From assembly GCA_001189075.1 (NCBI GenBank), contig LFCN01000006.1, positions 588,866 to 652,865 of the forward strand: a stretch of DNA of 64,000 bases, read 5' to 3'. This stretch comes from Parcubacteria bacterium C7867-004. Lineage in GTDB: Bacteria; Patescibacteriota; Minisyncoccia; Phycocordibacterales; Phycocordibacteraceae. Shown in pieces: positions 46,149 to 54,812 of the stretch (positions are counted from its first letter, which is position 1; every line of letters begins with the position of its first letter). A program made the position numbers and the translations under genes. Below the pieces are notes generated by a model. The model ran no database searches. It saw only the letters and a program-made list of their open reading frames with translations, and was not told the DNA's origin.

Positions 46149-46733
46149 CTACTTCTTTTCTCCCTGAAGCTTCTTGATCTTCTCCATGAGTTCCTTGATC
46201 TTCATCTGTGCATTTTCGAGCATCGGACGATCCGTCTTCATAGTAGTAGACGCATTGACCGTAGCGGTTGTGGTTGCGTTTCCGCTCATCTTCGGCTTTT
46301 CGGTGGTAAAGCTGCGGACTTCGGTCGCAGTGATGACACCGGTGGTCTCGTCGATCTTTCCCTTGATCCAGACGCGGGAGCCGACGGTCGGAGTCGCGCT
46401 CCATGCGCCGTTGTTAGTCTTTGCTCCTTCGGTCTTCACGGTAAACGTGTGACCAAAGAGGGACACGGTGAGGGTCGAACCTGAGATCGCCGTTACTTTG
46501 GCGGCATCGAGATCGGCGCGTCCGCCCATGCCGATCATGATGCTCGGTGCACGCTTCTTCATGAGGAGGTCGAACTCCTTGCGAGCCTTCTCCTCGACTT
46601 TCGTACCGCTGCCGTCGGTGGTTAGGGTGATGGTGCCGCTCGTTGAGCCCTGCTCAGCGTAGGCGACTGATCCTGCTCCGAGCGCGACAACAGACGCGAG
46701 GAGGAGCGGGATGATTAGATATCGTGATTTCAT
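46149..46733 (-). CDS. secreted hypothetical protein with an OB-like (DUF5666-like) module
   Basis: Signal peptide; KVTAISGSTLTV...VGSRVWIKG...ITATEV. Confidence 0.82.
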   Translation of the reverse strand: MKSRYLIIPLLLASVVALGAGSVAYAEQGSTSGTITLTTDGSGTKVEEKARKEFDLLMKKRAPSIMIGMGGRADLDAAKVTAISGSTLTVSLFGHTFTVKTEGAKTNNGAWSATPTVGSRVWIKGKIDETTGVITATEVRSFTTEKPKMSGNATTTATVNASTTMKTDRPMLENAQMKIKELMEKIKKLQGEKK

Positions 46734-46878
46734 ATGCGTAAATAATGAACTACTGAGTAACGGTAGTAGTATACCCCGCGCAAGATGAGGTTTTTCGGAA
46801 AGGAAACATTGGACTTAGCTCATTAAATATGCTATAGAATAGATACCATCCACCTGAAACTTTTGGAGTATTCAGACC

Positions 46879-47160
46879 TTGGACGTTCATTCTGCCAACG
46901 ACGCGCGCGGATCCTTCAGCTGGATCCTTCCCGAGGCGGCCGCAGCGAGGCTTTCCGAGCTTCCCGCAGAGCAGCGCGACTCCTTCCTGAGGGCCGTCAC
47001 GGGCCTTTTTGAATCGAGGATTTCGCTTCTCGTCATGGCGACAGGCTTCGACGAGCCGATGGCCGGCATCGACATCCTTGCCGCGAGCGATGAAGAGCTC
47101 ATCGAAGTGCTCGAAGCGATCATTGTGCCCAAAGCACCTTCCGATCGACCGCCCTCCTAG
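46879..47160 (+). CDS. orphan hypothetical protein, tandem paralog 1
   Basis: GGAG SD; similar to the next ORF; terminator 47144-47179. Confidence 0.7.
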   Translation: MDVHSANDARGSFSWILPEAAAARLSELPAEQRDSFLRAVTGLFESRISLLVMATGFDEPMAGIDILAASDEELIEVLEAIIVPKAPSDRPPS

Positions 47161-47255
47161 GCCGGTCGATTTTCTTTTTAACGCTTAGGTGATGCCTAGA
47201 CAATAACCCGATATTGTTATATAAAGCAGATACTAGTTCTTACAACGTTTGGGGA

Positions 47256-47537
47256 ATGTGCGTGCCAATAGACTTCTATGAAATCCATGGGGACGGGGGC
47301 TGCATCAGCATGACCCTTTCTGAAGGAATCGCGAGGAACATTGAGAATCTTCCCGAAGACCGGCGAGCCTTCGTTAGAAGGAGCATTAACGGCCTCCTGG
47401 AAGCTGAGCTCAGCCTTATCGCGGCTTCTCTTCTGGCTAATGAGGGGCGCGACAGCACGGAATGCCTCCAGTTCATGAGCAACAATAAGGCTCATCTCGC
47501 GGTGGAAATAGCCGTGATGCTCTTTGAGCCGAAATGA
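47256..47537 (+). CDS. orphan hypothetical protein, tandem paralog 2 (start may be GTG 47262)
   Basis: GGGGA SD; shared G-x-I/F-S-x-x-L-x-E...LP-x-x-x-R...GL-x-E-x-x-I/L-SL pattern; terminator 47541-47575. Confidence 0.7.
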   Translation: MCVPIDFYEIHGDGGCISMTLSEGIARNIENLPEDRRAFVRRSINGLLEAELSLIAASLLANEGRDSTECLQFMSNNKAHLAVEIAVMLFEPK

Positions 47538-47624
47538 CGCAATCGACTGCCCTCCCCGGCGGTCGATTTTCTTTTATAGAAAAGCCCCGCGCAGCAAGCT
47601 GCGCGGGGCCATAGTCCTCATACC

Positions 47625-48881
47625 CTATCCGAGCAAGACCGGGATCTGGATGCAGTCGGGAGCGCCGTGGACCTTCCGGTCCGGGCGCCCCGTCACTTCT
47701 GCATCCACCACACCGTCCTTGCCGATATAGGCGGTCACTCGGAGGTAGTAGTCCTTCGTCACCCGTTTCCCATCGTCACCAAAGACAACGATGGGAATGG
47801 GCACCTGCGGAACCTGTTCCTGAAGAATCCAGGAAGAGCCGTCGGATTTCGCCGACTGCGCCAACTGCTGTTCGAACTCCTTCGGATCGAGATCCGAGAA
47901 CAGCACCCGCTTCAGTCCCGAGGAGACGCACGCCTTGATGATGCGGGGCTTTCCCGCATCAGTCCGGTCGCGCCATCCCCAGTGCTTCTTGCCGACCAGC
48001 GTCGTCGCCGGGATGAATTCCTCCATCCCAGAGAACGCGCGCAGTTCAGGCAAAAACGCCTTCGAGCCCAGGTATGCGAGCGGCGGAAAGAAGGTCGCGA
48101 GACTCCCTTCCAGGTACCGCTTGATGAGCCGATCACGCACCGACGGATAGGTGTCGAGCGTGTCCGGGATCACGAGCACGCCGACGTCCGGGTCCGAGAA
48201 CAACGGGTGCTCGGTGTCGTTCGCGAGATCCGCTTCACTCACGGGAATCACGCGCATGCCGTACGCGCGAAGCGCATCGGCAAACACGTACGCCGAGGGT
48301 CCGTAATAGCGCTCGAACTCCGAGTAGAGCAGGTACCACCTCCGGATTTGAGGGTTGGTGTTCCGGATCTGAGCTTCGATACCGGCGAGGCCCGGGAACC
48401 GCGGCTTCCGGAAATCCTCCGGCAGCGAGAGCTCGAGCAGCGCCGCGTAGCCGAAGCCGCGCGGGTTGTAGCAGTCCACTTCCGCGATCTGGAAGGTGCC
48501 CTGCGGGTTCTGAACCAGATCCACCTTGATCACGGGCGGAATGGCCGGGACACCGTCTTCGGGAGCGAGCAGACCACGCTTGGCCAGCCGCGCGCACTTG
48601 AGCAACTTCGCTTCCGCGTGCGTGAGGTGCCGACCGGGAGCGGTGTACGAGCAGAGCCTGCCGCTCAGTTCCTCCACGGCCGCATAAGTCGTGGTCGCGA
48701 GGCGGTTCAGGTACTCCTGCTGTCCCGGCGAGAGCACGTAGGCTGCCGGCGAGAGCTGGTATCCGTGACGGATACGGCGCTCGGGGGTCCCCCAGAGGCC
48801 GCACTGAACGAGATAGGACTCGATAGCGTCGCGGTCGAAGCCCATATCGATAGTCGACGCGGGCGGGCTGTAGTCGTTCAT
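47625..48881 (-). CDS. ATP-grasp ligase-like protein, glutathionylspermidine synthase/circularly permuted type (SD-led cassette)
   Basis: IKVDLV..FQIAEVDCYNPRGFG, YLGSKAFL, IIKAC, WILQEQV; GGAGGA SD; hairpin 47581-47610. Confidence 0.75.
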   Translation of the reverse strand: MNDYSPPASTIDMGFDRDAIESYLVQCGLWGTPERRIRHGYQLSPAAYVLSPGQQEYLNRLATTTYAAVEELSGRLCSYTAPGRHLTHAEAKLLKCARLAKRGLLAPEDGVPAIPPVIKVDLVQNPQGTFQIAEVDCYNPRGFGYAALLELSLPEDFRKPRFPGLAGIEAQIRNTNPQIRRWYLLYSEFERYYGPSAYVFADALRAYGMRVIPVSEADLANDTEHPLFSDPDVGVLVIPDTLDTYPSVRDRLIKRYLEGSLATFFPPLAYLGSKAFLPELRAFSGMEEFIPATTLVGKKHWGWRDRTDAGKPRIIKACVSSGLKRVLFSDLDPKEFEQQLAQSAKSDGSSWILQEQVPQVPIPIVVFGDDGKRVTKDYYLRVTAYIGKDGVVDAEVTGRPDRKVHGAPDCIQIPVLLG

Positions 48882-48921
48882 GACTTCCTCCGATGAACAT
48901 ATAACGATTGAGAAGATCAGT

Positions 48922-48974
48922 GACGCCCCGAACGGGCGTCCTGTTGGCGGTTTCTAGACTCCGCCAACAGGACG
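48922..48974 (-). promoter_or_regulatory. two overlapping hairpins in the leader of the ATP-grasp gene
   Basis: Perfect 14-bp stem 48937-48950/48961-48974; 7-bp stem 48922-48940 shares 4 nt with it. Confidence 0.55.
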
Positions 48975-48979
48975 ACAAC

Positions 48980-49402
48980 TTAGGGAATGATCTCGATCAG
49001 CTCCTGCATATGCTTGATCGTTGCCCAGGGGACATCGGTCCCATATGTGGGCGCATGTCCCGCAAAGAGCCCGCGCTTAAGCCATATGGTCTTAGCTCCT
49101 GCCTTATTCCCCGCTCGTATCTCGCTCTGGAGATAATCCCCGACGACGTATACCGTGCCCGAACTTCCTGAAACCAGCTCCTGAATAACCGGACCCTTAT
49201 CCCCCACGAACGCTACCGAAGCGAAGAAATCGCGTACCCCGAGCGTATCGAGCACATCATCACGCCCTCCCTCACGCCTCGAGACGAGATGGAGTGTCAT
49301 CCCGCGCTCCGCAAAATGCGTAAGCGCTTCAAGGGCGCCCGGCACAGCCGTGTCGGTCTCAGGGTCGTATATTGTTCTGTTGAAGTCGAAGATAATGGTC
49401 AT
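48980..49402 (-). CDS. minimal HAD-superfamily hydrolase
   Basis: IIFDFNRT, LVS, VVGDYLQSEIRAG. Confidence 0.88.
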   Translation of the reverse strand: MTIIFDFNRTIYDPETDTAVPGALEALTHFAERGMTLHLVSRREGGRDDVLDTLGVRDFFASVAFVGDKGPVIQELVSGSSGTVYVVGDYLQSEIRAGNKAGAKTIWLKRGLFAGHAPTYGTDVPWATIKHMQELIEIIP

Positions 49403-49419
49403 ATGAATAGTGTTTAGAA

Positions 49420-49454
49420 GAGAAAAACCCGCCATCGAGGATGGCGGGTTTTTC
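49420..49454. terminator. intrinsic terminator, both strands
   Basis: AAAAACCCGCCATC-gag-GATGGCGGGTTTTT. Confidence 0.85.
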
Positions 49455-49478
49455 CGTGCATTGATGCTGGTGAGTATC

Positions 49479-49559
49479 CTATGCAACGACGAAATCCGCC
49501 CCTCGGAAGAGGTGCCATACCTTGCCCATACGGCGGAAGGAATTGCTTGCGGTTGTCAT
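49479..49559 (-). CDS. candidate 26-aa leaderless peptide
   Basis: TTGCAG-16-TACTAT, 8 nt, ATG; MTTASNSFRRMGKVWHLFRGADFVVA*; terminator follows. Confidence 0.5.
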   Translation of the reverse strand: MTTASNSFRRMGKVWHLFRGADFVVA

Positions 49560-49714
49560 GTGTACGGATAGTAGCATGGTATTTCTCATCTGCAAATTCA
49601 GTATGAATAACTCAGCGGTCGATTTCTTTTGGAGTTTGACGTATCGGTCCCCGGCGGTACCATCCAGGGGAATTGTCAGGAGATTCTCTCCCCTTTCATT
49701 CCGTGAGGTACGCG

Positions 49715-50182
49715 ATGCCGCATACGCTCGATACCGCTCAAGCCGCACTCAGCCTGCTCCGCTATGCTCAAGCGAGAACGACATTTGCAGCGGCGATGCT
49801 CAACATCGGAGAGTGCGCTGCAGCTCGTTCAGATATTGAAGCGCTTCTAAGCCTCCTTGAATCGTTCCTCGAGCTAGACCGGCCGTTCGATCGTCCGCTC
49901 TACCTGAAGCTGCTTCAGGACCTCGGCAAGCCGATTGTGTTGATGGAGGTGATCGAGGCGGAACAGTCGCACGTGCTGTGGATGAGCCAGCTCGAACATG
50001 AGCTACGCCGCTCGGCCGCATTTGCCGCCTGCCTCCTCGGCGCGATCGAGGTGACTAACGGCGACATGGAAGCTGCTGTTGGCGCGTTCGAAAAGGCCCT
50101 CAAGTTCAAGCCCGGCTACCACGACGCCAAGGTGGGCCTGGCCCACACCCAAGCTCGCCTCAAAGCCGCCGGCCGTCCCTAG
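49715..50182 (+). CDS. TPR-containing protein (SD-led cassette)
   Basis: LGAIEVTNGDMEAAVGAFEKALKFKPGYHDAKVGLA TPR; TTGACG-16-TACCAT; GAGG SD; terminator 50170-50201. Confidence 0.8.
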   Translation: MPHTLDTAQAALSLLRYAQARTTFAAAMLNIGECAAARSDIEALLSLLESFLELDRPFDRPLYLKLLQDLGKPIVLMEVIEAEQSHVLWMSQLEHELRRSAAFAACLLGAIEVTNGDMEAAVGAFEKALKFKPGYHDAKVGLAHTQARLKAAGRP

Positions 50183-50200
50183 GGGCGGCCGCTTTTCTTT

Positions 50201-50386
50201 TACCGGTTCTGCGCAGCTGCGAGACTAAACTGGAAGCAGCCGAAGACTGGGGAGCCGATGAGCGGTATGACCGACCGTGTCCTCGAGTGGCGGCTCTCCG
50301 CGAGAGGAGGCGACCTTTAGTCTTCGTGTCGCCCTGGAATGCCGTAGCTGTCTCGCGGATCGCAGAATCGAGCGGAAGTGCCGGTA
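50201..50386 (+). ncRNA. candidate long rod-like structured RNA or interspersed repeat
   Basis: Nested pairings TACCGG/CCGGTA, TTCTGCG/CGCAGAA, CTGCGAGAC/GTCTCGCGG, CGAAGACTGG/TTAGTCTTCG, GGAGCCG/CGGCTCT. Confidence 0.45.
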
Positions 50387-50417
50387 TCAAGAAAGCGCCC
50401 CTGAGGGCGCCTTTCTT

Positions 50418-51725
50418 TTAGTATGACTTGAGCCTCCGACTCTTCTCATGCGTCCTAATCTTCTCGAGCGCCTTAGCCTCGATCTGCCTGATGCGCTCAC
50501 GCGTCACCCCAAACTCCTTCCCCACTTCCTCAAGCGTGTGATACACGCCATCGAGGAGACCATGACGCATCTCGAGAATCTTGCGCTCCTTCGGGGAGAG
50601 GTCTTCGAGAATGTCGCGGACCTGCTCGCCGAGGATGCGCTCGGAAGATTCCTGGACCGGGGACGGGATCTTGTCGTCAGCGATGAAGTCGCCCAGCGTC
50701 GAGTTCTGGTCATCATCGGAACCGATCGGGTTCTCGAGCGAGAGGGTGTCCTGATTGATCTTCTCGATCTGGTAGATCTTGTCTACTTCGACACCCATCT
50801 CAACCGCAATCTCTTCCGGCTGCGGATCGCGGCCAAGCACCTGTGCAAGCCTGCGGGAGACCTGCTTGTACTTGGCGATAGTCTCCACCATGTGCACCGG
50901 AATGCGGATGGTGCGGGACTGGTCGGCGAGCGCGCGGGTTATGGCCTGGCGGATCCACCACGTCGCATACGTCGAGAACTTGTAGCCCTTCTTCCAGTCG
51001 AACTTGTCGACGGCCTTGAAGAGGCCGAGGTTCCCTTCCTGGATGAGGTCGAGGAGGGTGAGGTCGGGAGAGCGTCCGACGTACTTCTTCGCGATGGATA
51101 CCACGAGGCGGAGGTTCGAGCGAGCAAGGATGTTGCGGGCCTCGTCGTCGCCGGCGTCGATCCTTTGAGCCAGCTCGCGCTCTTCGGACGCGGTCAAAAG
51201 CGGGTACTGTCCGATCTCACGGAGATAGATCTGGATGGAGTCGTAGGTAGAAGAATCACGCCCCTTGATGTTGCGAGTCGCCAGGTACTGGTCCGTAGTG
51301 TCCTCGAGCATGCCGCCTTCGAGGATGTCGATGCCGCTCGTGGTGAAGCGCTCATAGAGCTCGTCGAGGAAGTTCACGTCGTCTTCGACATGCGGGAACT
51401 CCTTGAGGATCTCGCTGTAGGTGATGTAGCCACGCTCCTTTCCCTTCTTGATGAGCATCTCTGCCTTATCAAGCTTCTGGGCAGCAGCCTTTGCCTTCGC
51501 TCCCGTCGCAGCCGCACGGACGACTGCCTTCAGCTTCTCCTTCTTTGCAGGAGATTTCTTTGCGGCGACTTTCTTCGCTACCTTCTTTACGGCTTTCTTC
51601 ACCGCTTTCTTAGCAACCTTTTTTACCGGCTTTTTAGCCGCTGGCTTCTTAGCCACGGTCTTCTTCTTCGCTACTGCTTTCTTAGCCGGTTTCGCAACCT
51701 TTTTCACGGGCTTCTTTGTGGGCAT
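50418..51725 (-). CDS. rpoD: primary sigma factor (sigma70) with Lys/Ala-rich N-terminal extension
   Basis: [48 protein letters not shown]. Confidence 0.96.
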   Translation of the reverse strand: MPTKKPVKKVAKPAKKAVAKKKTVAKKPAAKKPVKKVAKKAVKKAVKKVAKKVAAKKSPAKKEKLKAVVRAAATGAKAKAAAQKLDKAEMLIKKGKERGYITYSEILKEFPHVEDDVNFLDELYERFTTSGIDILEGGMLEDTTDQYLATRNIKGRDSSTYDSIQIYLREIGQYPLLTASEERELAQRIDAGDDEARNILARSNLRLVVSIAKKYVGRSPDLTLLDLIQEGNLGLFKAVDKFDWKKGYKFSTYATWWIRQAITRALADQSRTIRIPVHMVETIAKYKQVSRRLAQVLGRDPQPEEIAVEMGVEVDKIYQIEKINQDTLSLENPIGSDDDQNSTLGDFIADDKIPSPVQESSERILGEQVRDILEDLSPKERKILEMRHGLLDGVYHTLEEVGKEFGVTRERIRQIEAKALEKIRTHEKSRRLKSY

Positions 51726-51756
51726 AGGCTATGCAATCAAATGAGTAATGAGAATG

Positions 51757-53463
51757 CTATGAAAATGATGAGAGACGCTTGGCGAGTTCTCGCACGCTAT
51801 CCAACGCTTCGGATATGGCTTCCGGATTCCGGGAAGTCTCTGCACGGCTCAATCGAGCGGTCGCTTCAGCGTACCGCTCGTTAAGAACTTCTTTCTCCAA
51901 TGCCTCTATGAGTTCGTCCGCTGCCGATTCTTCCGGGGCCTCGCCATAAGCGATACCTTCCTCGAATATAGATTGTTCGGGAGGAGGCGTTTCCGGAAAC
52001 GGTGCGCCGATAAGCCTAGTATGCTCACTTTCGAGCCTTTTTGCAAGAGCGGTATCGGGGTATGCGGCCCATATCGCGTGGAGCTTCCGAGTCCTGCGAA
52101 GGCTTCCCTTTTCCGCTACTTTCGCAGGCTGTGCGGGTGTCGCCATCGCCTGGAGGGGTCCGCCGACCTGGGGACGATCTTCTTTCGGCAGACGATTAAG
52201 CGCTTCGCGAATAGCCTCAGGGGTGGAGTTCAAGGAACGGGCGGCAACACCCACGAAGTGCTCCCGTTCCATCGGGCTCTGGATGGCGGCGATAAGGGGA
52301 AGAACCGTCTTCTCCGCGGCAACAATGAGGCGGTGCGCATCCGGCTCGCTTTCGGCGAGTACGGAGAGGAAGAACTCCACGATGGGCTCGCTCTCGGCTA
52401 TACGCTTCGTCATGTCCTTTGGATCCTCTTTCGCAATGTCGGCCGGGTCCTTTCCTTTCGGGAGACGGACGGCTTTGACGCGCATGCCGGCCCTGAGCGC
52501 CGCGATAGCGTTCTTCATCGACGCCGCAAGACCTGCTCGATCAGAGTCGAGCGCGAGCATGAGGTTGTCGGCGTACCGCTTGATGAGCGAAAGATGCTGT
52601 GGCGTGAGCGCGGTACCCGAAAGCGCGACAGTATTTGTGAATCCGATCTGGTGCAGAAGGAGCAGATCCATCTGACCTTCTACCAGGAGCGCGAAGCCGC
52701 GGGTACGTATCGCGTCCTTCGCCTTATCCATACCGAAGAGGATCTCTGACTTCTTGTAGAGCTCGGTCTCGGGCGAGTTGAGGTACTTGGCTTGATCATT
52801 CGGGTCAAGTGCGCGGCCCGTGAACGCTACCGTGCGGCCTGCGGAATCACGTATCGGGAACATGAGGCGATTGCGGAAGCGGTCATACCACGTTCCCTTC
52901 TTCTCGTCGGCTTCCTTGATGAGGCCCGCGGACACAAGGTCATTGTTCGTGTATCCATGCGTAGCCAGAGCTTCGAGGACACCGCGCCATCCTTCCTGCG
53001 CAAAGCCTAAGTTCCAATGCTTGATAGATTCAGGCGTGAGTCCGCGCGAGAGCGCATAGGCATACGCGCTTCCGGGAACTTCGCGACCGGTCTCAAGCTG
53101 CTCCGCAAACAGCGCTTCCGCCCGCGCCACCATCTCATAGAGCTTATCCTTCTTTCCCTTGTCTTCTTTCGAAGCTCCTCCGGTGTAGACGATCTCCACG
53201 CCCGCCTTCTCGGCAAGGATCTTCATAGCGCCCTTGAAATCGACGCCCTCCATCTTCTCAACAAAGGTGAACATATCGCCGCCCGTGCTCGAGGAGAAGC
53301 AATAGAAGGAATTGCGCTCGACGTTCACGAAGAAGGACGGACTCTTCTCCTTATTGAACGGCGAAAGGCCCTTCCAGTACTTCCCGGACTTGGTGAGCTT
53401 CACGTACGGCGATATGACGTCGACAATGGAAAGCTTCCCCTTTATCTGCTCGACGGTATCCAT
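51757..53463 (-). CDS. dnaG: DNA primase
   Basis: DRFRNRLMFPI, KYLNSPET, VEGQMD, LDSDRAG, GKDPAD. Confidence 0.96.
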   Translation of the reverse strand: MDTVEQIKGKLSIVDVISPYVKLTKSGKYWKGLSPFNKEKSPSFFVNVERNSFYCFSSSTGGDMFTFVEKMEGVDFKGAMKILAEKAGVEIVYTGGASKEDKGKKDKLYEMVARAEALFAEQLETGREVPGSAYAYALSRGLTPESIKHWNLGFAQEGWRGVLEALATHGYTNNDLVSAGLIKEADEKKGTWYDRFRNRLMFPIRDSAGRTVAFTGRALDPNDQAKYLNSPETELYKKSEILFGMDKAKDAIRTRGFALLVEGQMDLLLLHQIGFTNTVALSGTALTPQHLSLIKRYADNLMLALDSDRAGLAASMKNAIAALRAGMRVKAVRLPKGKDPADIAKEDPKDMTKRIAESEPIVEFFLSVLAESEPDAHRLIVAAEKTVLPLIAAIQSPMEREHFVGVAARSLNSTPEAIREALNRLPKEDRPQVGGPLQAMATPAQPAKVAEKGSLRRTRKLHAIWAAYPDTALAKRLESEHTRLIGAPFPETPPPEQSIFEEGIAYGEAPEESAADELIEALEKEVLNERYAEATARLSRAETSRNPEAISEALDSVRELAKRLSSFS

Positions 53464-53598
53464 GACTTCCCTTCAGTTTACCGCTTATTAGGAGGTTGCG
53501 CTGTGTTGCAGACATTTTGACAAAGTAGATTAAATACGTAATATGTTATTGAACGTTCCGCTGCTAACTGCAGCATTTCAAATCGAAAGGTTCTTCCA

Positions 53599-54069
53599 AT
53601 GGCTGGAACGCCTCAAGACTATCCGTACCGCATCTGCGGACTTAGCGTGATCCTCGTCGGCTTCACGGGAATGCATGAGGACGGCGACGTGACGATCCAC
53701 AGGATCAATCGTCTCCACAGCCTCATCGCCCGGGATGTAGCACTCAGGAACGGCTGGCTGCGTGGTGAGGAGGTGGAATTCCTTCGGCACTATCTCGGCC
53801 TGACGTATACCGAGTTCTATCAGCTCCTATCCAGGGGCTCGGTCGACAATCCCGAAATCTTCGACAAGAGCCACGGACGCAGCGAACTCCTGGAGACCAG
53901 CGAGGTCCTTCTTCGCCGGCGTGTCCTCATGCAGGTGCAGTTGGACTCCATTCCTACGAAGGAAGAGACCTTTGCAATGATCAGGGGTTTTCGGGGGAAT
54001 CCACCGACGCTTCAGATCGACGCCTCGCACCCTGAGAACTACCGCGTCATCGAGGCCGTTGCCGCATGA
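53599..54069 (+). CDS. degenerate MqsA/Xre-like HTH protein
   Basis: YPYRICGL..LHSLIA..LRGEEVEFLRHYLGLT resembles antitoxin-type HTH proteins. Confidence 0.7.
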   Translation: MAGTPQDYPYRICGLSVILVGFTGMHEDGDVTIHRINRLHSLIARDVALRNGWLRGEEVEFLRHYLGLTYTEFYQLLSRGSVDNPEIFDKSHGRSELLETSEVLLRRRVLMQVQLDSIPTKEETFAMIRGFRGNPPTLQIDASHPENYRVIEAVAA

Positions 54070-54290
54070 CCAAGATTGAGCTGTACTGGGGACTTCGGCG
54101 ACTGAGCGACTGGTTCCTGATCGACGGCGCCGTATACATCGGCATCTCTGTCGCCTGTTCGCTTCTTGTCGTGCCGCCGGAAATCACCTGGGCCTTCGGC
54201 TCCGGGGGGCGGGCATGCGTGTTCCTCGCACTCTACGTCCGGTTCGCCACATACCTGATGCGCCGTCTGTTTGGGAATCCCCCCAACTGA
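54066..54290 (+). CDS. small membrane protein
   Basis: ATGA overlap with the upstream gene; two hydrophobic segments; terminator 54290-54323. Confidence 0.65.
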   Translation: MTKIELYWGLRRLSDWFLIDGAVYIGISVACSLLVVPPEITWAFGSGGRACVFLALYVRFATYLMRRLFGNPPN

Positions 54291-54402
54291 ACCACCGACT
54301 CACCTCGGTGGTTTTTCTTTTTTGCGGCATTCATTGACCTGTGTGGCGTTCGATAGTATCAATCTATTGAAGGTAAAAGTTCATCTTGTGCGAGGATTGT
54401 GC

Positions 54403-54699
54403 ATGTTGGTACAAGTTCTGGGTTATCTGCTTGCGGCCGGCGATGTCGCACTCGCCCTCTTTGTCTACTGGAGGCTCTGCGTGTACGCCACGAAATCTGA
54501 TGGGATGGAAATGGGTGAGGCAATCGTCCTCGGTCTGGTGCATGTCGCTTTCGTGCTCGTCATCGGCAGTTTCGCCGTCTATGGCCTGCAGCGGAAGCAC
54601 ATCGACTTCATCGAGATCTTCACCGGCGTCGCAGGTGTGGCATATGCCGCCCTCTCGATTATCATCATCGTGAGAAGCTACCGAGATCCCTGCGCCTAA
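54403..54699 (+). CDS. small three-TM orphan membrane protein (SD-led cassette)
   Basis: TTGACC 54334; GAGGA SD; terminator 54726-54758. Confidence 0.72.
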   Translation: MLVQVLGYLLAAGDVALALFVYWRLCVYATKSDGMEMGEAIVLGLVHVAFVLVIGSFAVYGLQRKHIDFIEIFTGVAGVAYAALSIIIIVRSYRDPCA

Positions 54700-54764
54700 C
54701 GGCACACACGCTGTCTATCCACTCGCCGCTTCGGTTCCCCCGGAGCGGTTTTTCTTTATACGAA

Positions 54765-54794
54765 CACAGCCCGCTCTTTCGAGCGGGCTGTGTG
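54765..54794 (-). terminator. rpoC terminator hairpin
   Basis: ACACAGCCCGCTC-tttc-GAGCGGGCTGTGT. Confidence 0.75.
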
Positions 54795-54812
54795 TATTTT
54801 CAGAACGGAGCG

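Noticed and set aside
49479-49559. tmRNA tag, because the peptide ends in FVVA
   Set aside because: No tRNA-like ends, and the unit is far too short
51490-51725. Low-complexity repeat
   Set aside because: Coding Lys/Ala-rich extension of RpoD
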